From an uncultured Clostridia bacterium (GTDB lineage Bacteria; Bacillota; Clostridia; TANB77; CAG-465), in assembly GCA_944386605.1 (NCBI GenBank), contig CALXBS010000001.1, positions 29,718 to 93,717 of the forward strand: a stretch of 64,000 bases of DNA. The letters run 5' to 3'. The notes beneath the pieces are model-generated. The model had not been told where the DNA came from and searched no databases. It saw only the letters and a list, made by a program, of their open reading frames with translations. Positions within the stretch are counted from its first letter, which is position 1, and the number at the start of each line of letters is the position of its first letter. Positions 1 to 9,626 of this stretch are shown here, piece by piece. Made by a program: the position numbers and the translations under genes.

Positions 1-343
1 TGTTATGATATTCTGTTTCCATCATAAGTGTTAACAACTCATTATCATTTAGTATTTTTTGATTGCTTAAATAATAAGATTTTTGTAAAGCGTCTATATA
101 GTTATGATCAATTGCGATGTCTTCAATATAAAGGCTTCTCATACCATGACTTTGTGTGTTGGTAATATTAGAATAAATCATTTGAAGCATGGCATTATTT
201 TTTTCTGTTAATGCTAAAATTTCTTTTAGAATTAATTTATCTCGACTATTATTAGAACGTTCCATTAATAATTTATATAATGCAATACTATCTGTATTAT
301 TTTTTATCATTTTATTTAATAGATTTTTAATTTTGTCATCCAT
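1..343 (-). CDS. hypothetical protein, N-terminal 114 codons only (gene runs off left edge)
   Basis: Reverse frame is open from the window edge to an ATG (complement of 341-343), 7 nt after AGGAGG (complement of 351-356). Translates MDDKIKNLLNKMIKNNTDSIALYKLLMERSNNSRDKLILKEIL...; helical, family not recognised. The + ORF 189..371 is its antisense shadow. Confidence 0.5.
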   Translation of the reverse strand, partial: MDDKIKNLLNKMIKNNTDSIALYKLLMERSNNSRDKLILKEILALTEKNNAMLQMIYSNITNTQSHGMRSLYIEDIAIDHNYIDALQKSYYLSNQKILNDNELLTLMMETEYHN

Positions 344-464
344 TTTGATACCTCCTATTGATAGTTTATGATCAAAAATAGAAGGATGTTATTTTGATTT
401 TCTATAGACAAATTATCTAAAAAAATGTATAATATAGCTATTGAAAAAAGGAGGTTTAGAGAAC

Positions 465-3400
465 ATGAATAAAGCTATAAAAGATGTATTTTTTAATTGT
501 GTAGCGCAAGATAATCTTTTTTCAAATGCAATGATAGATGAAATCAAGTTCTCTAAAAAATTAAATGCAGTTATTTTAAATGCCAAAAGTAGTGATAATA
601 TACCGATGGATCAAATAGAAGAATTTGAAAAAAGAGCTTGTAAAACATATGAGTTAAATAGCTTTAAAGTAGAGTATGAATATATTGGAGAACCTAGCAA
701 GATAACACCAGAAAATGTAAAAAATATCTTGATGATTGTTAATAAAAAATACGGTTATACACAAGACATTTTTGAAAATTGTGTAATTGAAATAAAAGAT
801 TTAGAAAAAATAATTGAGATAAAATTACAAAAATGCTATGCTAATTTTTTAATGATCAAAAAAGTAGATCAATATATTGAAAAATGCATTAAAACAGAGT
901 ATGGTGTAGATTATCATATCACGTTTATAGAAGAAAGAGATGTAGCTTTTGATGAAGATGATGGTATCAAAATGATTCGTTTAGATAGCATTATGCCTAC
1001 TCCTTCTCCTAAGGAAAAGAAAGTTGTTTCTGATCAAAAAGCACCAAAGGAAGCATATAAAAAACAAACATTAACAGATACAGAAAAGAAAGAAAGAAAA
1101 ATGGCAAGAGAGCCACAACCTGAAAATGTTATTTTTGGTGTTAATATTCTAAATCCTAATATTATTAAAGTTGCAGATGTTATTGCAAGTGATGAAAGAG
1201 TATGTATTCAAGGTCAAATTTTTCAAAAAGATGTACGTGAATTAAAAAGTGGAAAACTATTAATGGTTCTTGATGTAACGGATAAAACAAGTACGATTGC
1301 ATGTAAAATGTTTTTAGACAAACAAAAATATGAAGAAGTAGATGGACGTTTAAAATCTGGAAAATATATTATTTTACAAGGGAAAGCACAAATAGATCCT
1401 TTTTCTAAGGAATTAGGAATTATTGCAAATAATATTTGTGAAGGAAAGGCTCCAGAAGAAAAGAAGGATAATGCAGAAGAAAAAAGGGTAGAACTACATT
1501 TGCATACGCAAATGAGTGCAATGGATGCAGTTTCTTCTGCTTCTGATATTATTGATCAAGCTGTAAAATGGGGACATAAAGCGGTCGCTATTACAGATCA
1601 TGGAGTGGTACAATCTTTTCCAGAAGCATTGCATTATATTACTGGAAAATTTGAAAAACTAGTAAAAAAAGAAAAAGGTTATCCAACAACTCAAGAAATT
1701 ATAGACGCAGCTCCTATTAAAGTAATATATGGAGTAGAAGGCTATCTAATACAGGATATAGAGCCAAATCCAAATGTTCCAGATACTTATTGTGTGTTTG
1801 ATATTGAAACAACTGGATTTAATCCTAGCATTGAAAGAATTACAGAAATTGCAGTATGTAAAGTAAAAGATGGTAAAATTATTGATGAATTTTCGACTTT
1901 TGTAAATCCAGAGAAAATGATTCCAGAAAGGGTACGTGAGCTAACTCATATTACTGATGAAATGGTAAAAGACGCCCCTAAAATTAAAGAAGTTTTGCCT
2001 CAATTTTTAGAGTTTACAAAAGATTGTGTTTTGGTAGCACATAATGCAAGTTTTGATGTATCTTTTATAAAGCATTTTGCTAAGGAATACGGTTATGAAT
2101 TTCATCCTTATGTTGTAGATACTTTGACAATTGCAAGAGAAATTTATCCTACCTTTGAAAATCATAAATTAGGGACGATTGCAGAAAATTTAGGAATTGA
2201 TTTAGAAGGCGCACACAGAGCAATTAACGATACAAGAGCAACTGCAAAAGTATTTTTAAGAATGCTACAAGATGCAAAAGAAAAAGGGATTAATGAGCGT
2301 GCTTATGTTTATAGTAACATTGATGAAGATTTAAAAAAATTACCTTATTATCATATCATCATTATGGCTAGAAATTATGTGGGCTTAAAAAATTTGTATA
2401 AGTTAATTTCCTATTCTCATTTAAGATATTTTAATAAAAGACCAAGAATTCCAAGATCTTTATTAAATCGTTATAAAGAAGGGTTATTAATTGGATCTGC
2501 CTGTGAAATAGGAGAACTTTATCAATCTATCTTTAATCAAAAACCAGAAGAAGAAATTGAAGCAATCGCAAATTATTACGATTATTTGGAAATACAACCT
2601 CTTGGAAATAATCAGTTTTTTATTGATCAAGGAAAAGTTTCTTCACAAGAAGATTTAAAAGAAATTAACAGAAAAATTATTGCTTTGGGAGAGAAGTTAA
2701 ATAAACCTGTAGTGGCAACTTGCGATGTTCATTTTTTACATCCTGAAGATGAAATTTATAGAAGAATCATCATGGCTGGTCAAGGCTTTTCAGACGCAGA
2801 TAAACAAGCTCCGTTGTATTTTAGAACAACTGAAGAAATGTTAAAAGAATTTGATTATTTACCACCTGAAAAAGCTTATGAAATTGTCGTAACCAATACC
2901 AATAAAGTGGCAGATATGTGTGATAGAATTAGTCCTATTTCTGATGAGAAATGCCCCCCTCATATTGAAGGATGTGAGAAGACAATTGAAGATATTGCTA
3001 TGAGTAGGGCAAAAGAGTTATATGGTGAAGAATTACCAGACATTGTAAAAGAAAGATTAACTAAGGAATTGGATTCTATTATTAAGAATGGATTTTCCGT
3101 TATGTATATTATTGCACAAAAACTAGTTTGGAAGTCAAATGAAGATGGATATCTAGTTGGTTCAAGAGGATCTGTTGGTTCTTCTTTTGTAGCGAATATG
3201 ACAGGAATTACAGAAGTAAATTCCCTTCCTCCGCATTATAGATGTCCTAATTGTAAATATTCAGACTTTTCAGATTATGGAGTAAAAAATGGTTTTGATT
3301 TACCAGATAAGTTATGTCCTAAATGTGGAGAAAAATTAGATAAAGATGGTATGGATATTCCATTTGAAACATTTTTAGGATTTAATGGAGATAAAGAACC

Positions 3401-4847
3401 TGATATTGACCTTAACTTTTCGGGAGAGTATCAAGCAAAAGCTCATAAATATACAGAAGTTATTTTTGGAAAAGGAACCACATATAAAGCTGGTACGATT
3501 GGTACTATAGCAGATAAGACTGCTTATGGATTTGTTTTAAAATATCTTGAAGAAAGAAATAAAAAAATGCTATCGCCTGAAATTAATAGAATTGCGGCAG
3601 GATGTACGGGAATTAAAAGAACAACAGGACAGCATCCAGGTGGAATTATTGTTGTTCCTAAAGGTAGAGAAATTTATGAGTTTTGCCCTGTACAACATCC
3701 AGCTGACGATCCATATTCTGATATTGTAACTACCCATTTTGATTATCACTCTATTGATAAGAACTTGTTAAAATTAGATATACTAGGTCATGATGATCCA
3801 ACGGTTATTAGAATGTTACAAGATATAACAGGAGTAGATCCTAAGAAAATTCCATTAGATGACAAGGAAACAATGTCTATTTTTAGTTCAACAGAAGCAT
3901 TAGGTATTACTAGTGAACAAATTAATTCGGAAGTTGGAACATTTGGAATTCCAGAGTTTGGAACAAAATTTGTTAGAGGAATGTTAGTGGATACTAGACC
4001 TAAAACTTTTGAAGAATTAATACGAATTTCTGGATTGTCTCATGGTACCGATGTATGGTTAAATAACGCACAGACTTTAATAGAAAATGGAACTGTAACA
4101 TTAAGTGAAGCAATTTGTACAAGAGATGATATTATGATTTATCTAATTAAACAGGGCTTACCACCAAATTCTGCTTTTAAGATTATGGAGTTAGTTCGTA
4201 AAGGAAAAGCTTTAAAAGATCCAACGAAATGGGCTGATTTTAAACAGTTAATGCAAGAAAATCAAGTTCCAGATTGGTATATTGATTCCTGCGAAAAAAT
4301 TAAGTACATGTTCCCAAAAGCGCATGCGGCAGCTTATGTTACAATGGCTTTTAGAATTGCTTGGTTTAAGGTACATATTCCTAAGGCATATTATACAGCT
4401 TTCTTTTCTATTAGAGCAGATGATTTCGATAGTGATATTATGCTTCATGGAAAAGAATTGGTAAGAGCGAAGATGAAAGAGATCGATACTTTAGGAAATA
4501 CTGCTTCTAATAAAGAGAAAAATATGTATCCAATCTTAGAGATTGTTCTTGAGATGAATGAGAGAGGAATAGAATTTTTACCTGTCGATTTATATCGTTC
4601 CGATTCTGTGAAATTTTTAATGGAAGATGAAGGAATTAGACCACCTCTTTCAGCGCTTGCAGGATTTGGAGAAGTGGATGCAGAAAAATTAGTGAAAGCT
4701 AGAGAAGAAGGTAGGTTTACTTCTATTGAACAAATGGCTATGAAAGCAAAGCTTGGAAAGGTAGCAGTTGAAACTCTTCAACTTGCAGGATGTTTAGATG
4801 GAATGCCAAGATCAGAACAAATAGATATGTTCGATTTATTAGGATAA
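465..4847 (+). CDS. polC: DNA polymerase III alpha subunit, Gram-positive PolC type
   Basis: About 1460 aa. PHP motif LHLHTQMS; inserted DnaQ-like exonuclease (CVFDIETTG, AHNASFDVSF, HRAINDT); Zn finger CPNC...CPKC; catalytic PDIDLNF. ATG at 465 follows AAAGGAGG (447-454); the track start 441 is a TTG lying on top of the RBS. Confidence 0.95.
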   Translation: MNKAIKDVFFNCVAQDNLFSNAMIDEIKFSKKLNAVILNAKSSDNIPMDQIEEFEKRACKTYELNSFKVEYEYIGEPSKITPENVKNILMIVNKKYGYTQDIFENCVIEIKDLEKIIEIKLQKCYANFLMIKKVDQYIEKCIKTEYGVDYHITFIEERDVAFDEDDGIKMIRLDSIMPTPSPKEKKVVSDQKAPKEAYKKQTLTDTEKKERKMAREPQPENVIFGVNILNPNIIKVADVIASDERVCIQGQIFQKDVRELKSGKLLMVLDVTDKTSTIACKMFLDKQKYEEVDGRLKSGKYIILQGKAQIDPFSKELGIIANNICEGKAPEEKKDNAEEKRVELHLHTQMSAMDAVSSASDIIDQAVKWGHKAVAITDHGVVQSFPEALHYITGKFEKLVKKEKGYPTTQEIIDAAPIKVIYGVEGYLIQDIEPNPNVPDTYCVFDIETTGFNPSIERITEIAVCKVKDGKIIDEFSTFVNPEKMIPERVRELTHITDEMVKDAPKIKEVLPQFLEFTKDCVLVAHNASFDVSFIKHFAKEYGYEFHPYVVDTLTIAREIYPTFENHKLGTIAENLGIDLEGAHRAINDTRATAKVFLRMLQDAKEKGINERAYVYSNIDEDLKKLPYYHIIIMARNYVGLKNLYKLISYSHLRYFNKRPRIPRSLLNRYKEGLLIGSACEIGELYQSIFNQKPEEEIEAIANYYDYLEIQPLGNNQFFIDQGKVSSQEDLKEINRKIIALGEKLNKPVVATCDVHFLHPEDEIYRRIIMAGQGFSDADKQAPLYFRTTEEMLKEFDYLPPEKAYEIVVTNTNKVADMCDRISPISDEKCPPHIEGCEKTIEDIAMSRAKELYGEELPDIVKERLTKELDSIIKNGFSVMYIIAQKLVWKSNEDGYLVGSRGSVGSSFVANMTGITEVNSLPPHYRCPNCKYSDFSDYGVKNGFDLPDKLCPKCGEKLDKDGMDIPFETFLGFNGDKEPDIDLNFSGEYQAKAHKYTEVIFGKGTTYKAGTIGTIADKTAYGFVLKYLEERNKKMLSPEINRIAAGCTGIKRTTGQHPGGIIVVPKGREIYEFCPVQHPADDPYSDIVTTHFDYHSIDKNLLKLDILGHDDPTVIRMLQDITGVDPKKIPLDDKETMSIFSSTEALGITSEQINSEVGTFGIPEFGTKFVRGMLVDTRPKTFEELIRISGLSHGTDVWLNNAQTLIENGTVTLSEAICTRDDIMIYLIKQGLPPNSAFKIMELVRKGKALKDPTKWADFKQLMQENQVPDWYIDSCEKIKYMFPKAHAAAYVTMAFRIAWFKVHIPKAYYTAFFSIRADDFDSDIMLHGKELVRAKMKEIDTLGNTASNKEKNMYPILEIVLEMNERGIEFLPVDLYRSDSVKFLMEDEGIRPPLSALAGFGEVDAEKLVKAREEGRFTSIEQMAMKAKLGKVAVETLQLAGCLDGMPRSEQIDMFDLLG

Positions 4848-4889
4848 GTGATAATTGTGTGCAAATATCATGAAAAATGCGAACTTTAC

Positions 4890-4917
4890 TTGAATTATCC
4901 ATAAAATGGTGTATAAT
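4890..4917 (+). promoter_or_regulatory. sigma-A type promoter for hpf
   Basis: TTGAAT (4890-4895), 16 nt spacer, TATAAT (4912-4917). Confidence 0.45.
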
Positions 4918-4943
4918 ATAGATATAGGTGAGGTGATTACGAT

Positions 4944-5297
4944 ATGAAATTAGATTTAACAGGTCTTCGTATTGAAGTAACAGATGGAATTAGAGGATAT
5001 GTGGAAAAAAAGGTAGAAAAGCTTGCTAAATTTTTTGACGAGGATACCATATGTCATGTAACTTTTACAGATGTCGTGAAAGGAAAACAACATGTTGATA
5101 TCAGAATTGAGTATAAATCTCGTACTTATATGGCAGAGATAGATACACCAGATTTGTATAATTCTATGGATGATTTGGTTTCAAAAATTGAAGGACAAAT
5201 TAGAAAAGATAAAGCAATAGCAGATAAAAAAAGAAAAGAAAAAATTGAACAACCAGAACCGGAGGATGTAGAAGCCTTATTAGATGAGGAAGAATAA
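4944..5297 (+). CDS. hpf: ribosome-associated inhibitor / hibernation factor, short form (S30AE/YfiA fold only)
   Basis: MKLDLTGLRIEVTDGIRGYVEKKVEKLAKFF... matches the sigma-54 modulation/S30EA family N-domain. Only 117 aa, ending in a charged tail. GGTGAGGTGA RBS. Confidence 0.8.
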   Translation: MKLDLTGLRIEVTDGIRGYVEKKVEKLAKFFDEDTICHVTFTDVVKGKQHVDIRIEYKSRTYMAEIDTPDLYNSMDDLVSKIEGQIRKDKAIADKKRKEKIEQPEPEDVEALLDEEE

Positions 5298-5341
5298 TTT
5301 AGGGGATGGATGTATCAAAATATAAAAAAAATAGAATCATT

Positions 5342-5367
5342 GTGAGGAGAAAATCCTCACTTTTTTT
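5342..5367 (+). terminator. intrinsic terminator of hpf
   Basis: GTGAGGAgaaaaTCCTCAC followed by TTTTTTT. Confidence 0.8.
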
Positions 5368-5371
5368 GTCA

Positions 5372-5405
5372 AGAAAAAACCACTCGTAAAGTTAAACGAG
5401 TGGTT
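5372..5405 (-). terminator. intrinsic terminator of the tandem-HD gene
   Basis: On the minus strand, AACCACTCG...CGAGTGGTT followed by TTTTTTCTT. Confidence 0.75.
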
Positions 5406-5415
5406 TAATAGAGCA

Positions 5416-6696
5416 TTAAGAAGTTTTTAACTCAGGTTTTAGATGTGTTAATGAAGACACAAGACGACAAATAGAATAAATGTGATAATTCATGATGTCA
5501 ATTGATTCAGAATACTCTGGATAGTTGAATAAACCATAATCACATAATGGATAAATGTATTCTTTGCTTTCAGCTACATATTCATCAATCTCTTTTTGGG
5601 TATAAGATGTTAAGATTGTACAAGTATTTGCTCTGTTTGAAAGTTTTGTAAGAAGCGCTCTAGGATCTTTTTTGAGGATATCATAGTAAGTTGCTTTGTC
5701 CATATCATCCGGTTTAGAGATAATTTTTATTAGTTTTACAACTTCAGGATCAATATGATATTCTTTTTCTAAGATATCAGAGTCTCTTTGAATGTCACAT
5801 TTTTTAAATACTTCATGTAATATGGCGGCTGCGCAAGTAACATCATCTGTAATACGTAATGAAATTAAATAAGAGCAAACACGTAATGGATGGATAATAA
5901 AAGGATCACCACTACTTCTTGTTTGACCTTCATGTAATTTTTCTGCTACGTATAAAGCACGTGAGGTATTTGGCATGTTTTTTCCTCTTGCATACCCTTT
6001 GATAAAAGCAAAAGTTTTCTTGTATTTTTGTGGGTCGATATTAGGCGTTTTAATTCCTAAAATAGATTCTGTCACCTCACAAAGAGAAACAATTAAATAC
6101 TTGGTAATGGTAATTGCATTAGAGTATTTGGGATGAAGCTCTTTTTGCTTAAATAAGGGGTATACCAGTGTTTTTGTCTCAGAAACATAAGATTTCATTT
6201 TTTCAGGAGTAAATACATCGATCGTAGAAACATTATCCGTTCTGTCAGCAATTTTGATCATAATCGCTCGTATATCGGTAGCAATTCCATGATAGTATTT
6301 TTCTTCCGTTGGATCTGTTACCTTGTAATTTGGATCTTTGGATAAAAGCCTTACAATCTTAAGTACATCTTGATCTAGTCCAAATTCGGTTACTAAATGT
6401 TCTCCGTTATCTTCAAAGTGATTATCTTCAATAACATCGTGTAAAATAGCTGCGGCTAAAGTAATGTCATCGTCTACTCGTAAGTTGATAAGAAACATTG
6501 CAATGGTTAATGGATGGATAATGTACGGTGTTCCATCTTTTCTTGTTTGACCATTATGATATTTAATTGCGATACTTAATGCAATAATTGTGTTGCTGTA
6601 GTTTTTAGCAATTGCATATCCCTTGATCACTAAGTAAAGATCTTGCCATACTTTCCGCTTTGGAACTGTAGAACTTGCTTGTTGCAACTCTTTCAT
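5416..6696 (-). CDS. tandem HD-domain protein (two RelA/SpoT-type (p)ppGpp hydrolase-like domains)
   Basis: N-half: YHNGQTRKDGTPYIIHPL...AAILHDVIED...KIADRTDN, a complete hydrolase signature. C-half: LHEGQTRSSGDPFIIHPL...AAILHEVFKK...KLSNRANT, where the HD, ED and DR motifs are substituted. Confidence 0.75.
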   Translation of the reverse strand: MKELQQASSTVPKRKVWQDLYLVIKGYAIAKNYSNTIIALSIAIKYHNGQTRKDGTPYIIHPLTIAMFLINLRVDDDITLAAAILHDVIEDNHFEDNGEHLVTEFGLDQDVLKIVRLLSKDPNYKVTDPTEEKYYHGIATDIRAIMIKIADRTDNVSTIDVFTPEKMKSYVSETKTLVYPLFKQKELHPKYSNAITITKYLIVSLCEVTESILGIKTPNIDPQKYKKTFAFIKGYARGKNMPNTSRALYVAEKLHEGQTRSSGDPFIIHPLRVCSYLISLRITDDVTCAAAILHEVFKKCDIQRDSDILEKEYHIDPEVVKLIKIISKPDDMDKATYYDILKKDPRALLTKLSNRANTCTILTSYTQKEIDEYVAESKEYIYPLCDYGLFNYPEYSESIDIMNYHIYSICRLVSSLTHLKPELKTS

Positions 6697-6817
6697 AAAA
6701 TTTCCTCCTTTAAAATAATTATACTACTCATTTGAGTAGTATTACCATTTGATTTAACCGTATTATATAGCATATTGAAAGAAATATCAAGAAATTTGTA
6801 GAATTTTTTTAAAAGTC

Positions 6818-6846
6818 TTGAATTGTTTACATAATTGTGATATAAT
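6818..6846 (+). promoter_or_regulatory. sigma-A promoter of ABC transporter operon
   Basis: TTGAAT (6818-6823), 17 nt spacer, TGaTATAAT (6838-6846). Confidence 0.55.
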
Positions 6847-6852
6847 AAAAAA

Positions 6853-7041
6853 TGTAGAGAGTGTGTATAAGGAATTGCCGAGCTACACAAGCCTAAGGTT
6901 TAGGTACACTGATGAAGATATTTTCATAAAAGGAGTCTCTTAAGAAAAGAGAATTTTTTTATGAGAATATCTTTTTTTGTTGCAATTAATATGGTAACTG
7001 TAAAATTTAATAATAAAAATAAAATGAAAAGGAGAGAAAAA
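6853..7041 (+). promoter_or_regulatory. long 5' leader with terminator-like hairpin (possible attenuator or unrecognised riboswitch)
   Basis: About 190 nt lie between the promoter and the ATG at 7042. Stems: TGTGTA...TACACA, CCTAAggtTTAGG, then TCTCTTaagaaAAGAGA (6936-6952) followed by T7 (6954-6960). Confidence 0.3.
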
Positions 7042-7992
7042 ATGTTAATTGAGGTAAAAGGATTAAGCAAGACGTTCAAAGTGAAGCAAAAGAAAGGAAT
7101 GTTTCAGTCACAAGAATCTTTATTTCAAGCAGTTGACAATGTTGATTTTCAAATTGAAAGAGGCGAAATGGTTGCTTTTATTGGACCAAATGGAGCTGGA
7201 AAATCAACTACTATCAAAATGTTAACCGGAATTATTCAGCCTACAAGTGGAAGTATGATTGTAGATGGATTAGATCCTTCTAAAGACCGGAAAAAATTAG
7301 CCTATAAAATTGGGTGTATGTTTGGTCAAAAGTCACAATTATATATGCATTTATCGGTAATAGATAGTCTTAGATTAATAGGGAGTATCTATGATATGAG
7401 TAAAAAGGAAGTGGAGGAAAGAATTGAAGAAATAGGAGAATTGTTTGAAATTAATCATTTGCTAGAGCAAACTGTTAGAAAATTATCTCTTGGCCAAAGG
7501 ATGATTTGTGAGATATCTGCCAGTATTCTTCATAATCCAGATATTATTTTCTTAGATGAGCCTACGATTGGTTTGGATATTGTAGCTAAGCTAAGAATAA
7601 GAGAAATTATTTCAAATTTAAACAAAATGAAGAATACAACCGTTTTTTTAACAAGCCATGATGTAAGTGATGTAGAAGCTTTATGTAGTAGGATGATGAT
7701 TATTCATGGTGGAAAAATTGTCACGGATACTAGTATTGAAAATTTACGTGCCTCTTATCTTAATAAGAAAAAGTTGGTATTGCTTTATGATAAAGATATG
7801 AAGGATAGTAGGTTCAATCATTTACCAGCTATGTGTGAAGGAAACAAAGTAATGGTAAGTGTAGATACTAGTAAGGAAAATATCGGTGAAGTTTTAGAAG
7901 AGCTTGTTTCTTTAGGAAATGTACTAGATATTCAAATTAATTCATTACCATTAGAAGACATTATTAAAAATATCTATGAACGGAATAATTAG
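7042..7992 (+). CDS. ABC transporter ATP-binding protein
   Basis: Walker A GPNGAGKST, signature LSLGQRM, Walker B IIFLDEPT. ATG 7042 follows AAAGGAGAG; the track start 6961 sits directly after the leader T-run and has no RBS. Confidence 0.9.
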   Translation: MLIEVKGLSKTFKVKQKKGMFQSQESLFQAVDNVDFQIERGEMVAFIGPNGAGKSTTIKMLTGIIQPTSGSMIVDGLDPSKDRKKLAYKIGCMFGQKSQLYMHLSVIDSLRLIGSIYDMSKKEVEERIEEIGELFEINHLLEQTVRKLSLGQRMICEISASILHNPDIIFLDEPTIGLDIVAKLRIREIISNLNKMKNTTVFLTSHDVSDVEALCSRMMIIHGGKIVTDTSIENLRASYLNKKKLVLLYDKDMKDSRFNHLPAMCEGNKVMVSVDTSKENIGEVLEELVSLGNVLDIQINSLPLEDIIKNIYERNN

Positions 7993-8002
7993 GAGGCTAT
8001 TT

Positions 8003-8776
8003 ATGAGAAAATATTGGGTAATATTTTGTTTTCATTTAAAAGCAAAATTAAACTTTAAAGTAGATTTTATATTTTCGCTATTTTCGTTTACCATTCATAT
8101 TTTTATTTTTAATGAATTGTGGGATTTTATTTTACAAGATAAGCAAGTTTTAGATTATTCACGGAAAGAATTAATATGGTATATTATCATGGGAGAGTGT
8201 ATTCTGTATATATTAAATAGAAAAACATGTTCTCAAATATCGGATATGATTAAAAATGGCGATGTTGCTAATTTACTTTCAAAGCCAGTTTATTTTTTGC
8301 AATATACGATAGCAGAACAAAGTACGTGTATCATTAATTTGATTGTAAATATAATTAGTAGCATTATTTTAGGGATCTTAATGGCAGGTGTTATTCCAGT
8401 AAGTGTTTTACAGATAATATTTGTTGGAATTTCTATGATTCTTTCTGTTATCCTTTTTCTATTTGTTTTGATACTAATAGGATTTTTGGCCTTTTTTACA
8501 GAAGAAAACCATGCTTATTATTTAGTCATTTCAAAGGCAATGTTACTTTTAGTATTAACACCTCTTGAATTTTTTCCAAAACTTGTACAATTTTTCTTTA
8601 AGATTTTACCCACCACTTATATTGTATATCCACCAAGCAAAATTTTAGTTCATTTTCAATTAAAAGAAGCTTGTTATTTAATCGGATTGCAATTGCTGTT
8701 TTGTTTACTGATGTTATTTATCAATATTATTTTAAATGAAAAAGGAGTGAAAAAAATTAATGTTAATGGAGGCTAA
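8003..8776 (+). CDS. ABC-2 type transporter permease
   Basis: Polytopic hydrophobic protein. ATG 8003 follows AGGAGG (7991-7996). Translationally linked to the ATPase gene. Confidence 0.75.
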   Translation: MRKYWVIFCFHLKAKLNFKVDFIFSLFSFTIHIFIFNELWDFILQDKQVLDYSRKELIWYIIMGECILYILNRKTCSQISDMIKNGDVANLLSKPVYFLQYTIAEQSTCIINLIVNIISSIILGILMAGVIPVSVLQIIFVGISMILSVILFLFVLILIGFLAFFTEENHAYYLVISKAMLLLVLTPLEFFPKLVQFFFKILPTTYIVYPPSKILVHFQLKEACYLIGLQLLFCLLMLFINIILNEKGVKKINVNGG

Positions 8777-9563
8777 ACATAATATTCTATTTTTCTTTCA
8801 AGCAGTGAAGACAAGTATTTTAAGTGCAGCTGCATATAAGGTGAATTTTGTGATACAAACTGTTTTTATGATGATTAATAATAGTTCCTTTTTGCTTTTT
8901 TGGAGTGTTGTTTTTTCTGTAAATAAAGGAAATATGAAGGGAATCGTATATCAAGATATTTTACTTTTATGGTCGATTCCAGTGATTAGTTTTGGTGTAT
9001 GCTATTTTTTCTTTGGGGGTGTAGAAAATCTAAATACATTTATTATTAGTGGACAATTAGATAGTTTTTTACTACAACCAAAGAACCCACTTATTAATGT
9101 TTTAACCTCAAAATGTATATTTTCTGCTTTTGGAGACCTATTATATGGGTTAATAATCGGGATTGTTGCGACAAATGGAAACATTTTCAAATTTTTAATA
9201 GTTGTGTTTTTTGGTACTTTTGGAAGTGTTTTCTATATAGCAACAGAAGTAATACTACGTTCTTTATCTGTATTTTTAAAAGATACAGGACAAATTGCAG
9301 ATAAGTATAAAAATTCATTGCTAACAACATTTTCATCTTATCCAGAAAATATCTTTAAGAGTGGATTAAAATTATTGCTATATTCTGTGATTCCAGTAGC
9401 ATATATTTCGTATCTTCCGATAAAACTGGTAAATTATTTTCAGTTAAAATATGCTATTAGTATTATCATTGCTGGATTCATCTATTTGATGATAGCATAT
9501 CGTGTTTTTTCTTTGTCCTTAAAGTATTATGAGTCAGGAAATTCTATTTCTATGAAGAATTAA
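8760..9563 (+). CDS. ABC-2 type transporter permease (second subunit)
   Basis: Polytopic hydrophobic protein. Its start overlaps the end of the preceding permease gene. Confidence 0.75.
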   Translation: MLMEAKHNILFFFQAVKTSILSAAAYKVNFVIQTVFMMINNSSFLLFWSVVFSVNKGNMKGIVYQDILLLWSIPVISFGVCYFFFGGVENLNTFIISGQLDSFLLQPKNPLINVLTSKCIFSAFGDLLYGLIIGIVATNGNIFKFLIVVFFGTFGSVFYIATEVILRSLSVFLKDTGQIADKYKNSLLTTFSSYPENIFKSGLKLLLYSVIPVAYISYLPIKLVNYFQLKYAISIIIAGFIYLMIAYRVFSLSLKYYESGNSISMKN

Positions 9564-9570
9564 AGAGGAA

Positions 9571-9605
9571 GGAGTATAATATCAAGTATATTATGCTCCT
9601 TTTCT
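9571..9605 (+). terminator. intrinsic terminator of ABC operon
   Basis: 12-bp stem GGAGTATAATAT/ATATTATGCTCC (one G-U pair), loop CAAGT, then TTTTCT. Confidence 0.7.
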
Positions 9606-9626
9606 GTATTTAATTTACATAAAATA

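Noticed and set aside
189-371. Plus-strand 60-aa ORF
   Set aside because: It is antisense to a better-supported minus-strand gene that has AGGAGG plus ATG at 341-356. The translation is hydrophobic and low-complexity, and there is no RBS.
3547-4464. Small ORFs within polC (3547-3729 +, 4248-4448 -, 4282-4464 +)
   Set aside because: They are alternative-frame or antisense ORFs inside a highly conserved essential gene, with no independent signals.
6693-6890. Minus-strand 65-aa ORF upstream of the tandem-HD gene
   Set aside because: It lies in the divergent promoter/leader region and overlaps the start of the HD gene. It has no RBS, and its sequence coincides with the plus-strand promoter 6818-6846.
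6961-7041. Upstream-extended starts in the ORF track (6961; also 441, 7976, 32972, 41644, 42880, 49302, 51096, 62831, 52288, 36284)
   Set aside because: In each case an internal ATG/TTG/GTG with a properly spaced Shine-Dalgarno sequence gives an N-terminus matching the family. The extension overlaps the upstream gene, a terminator T-run or a promoter.
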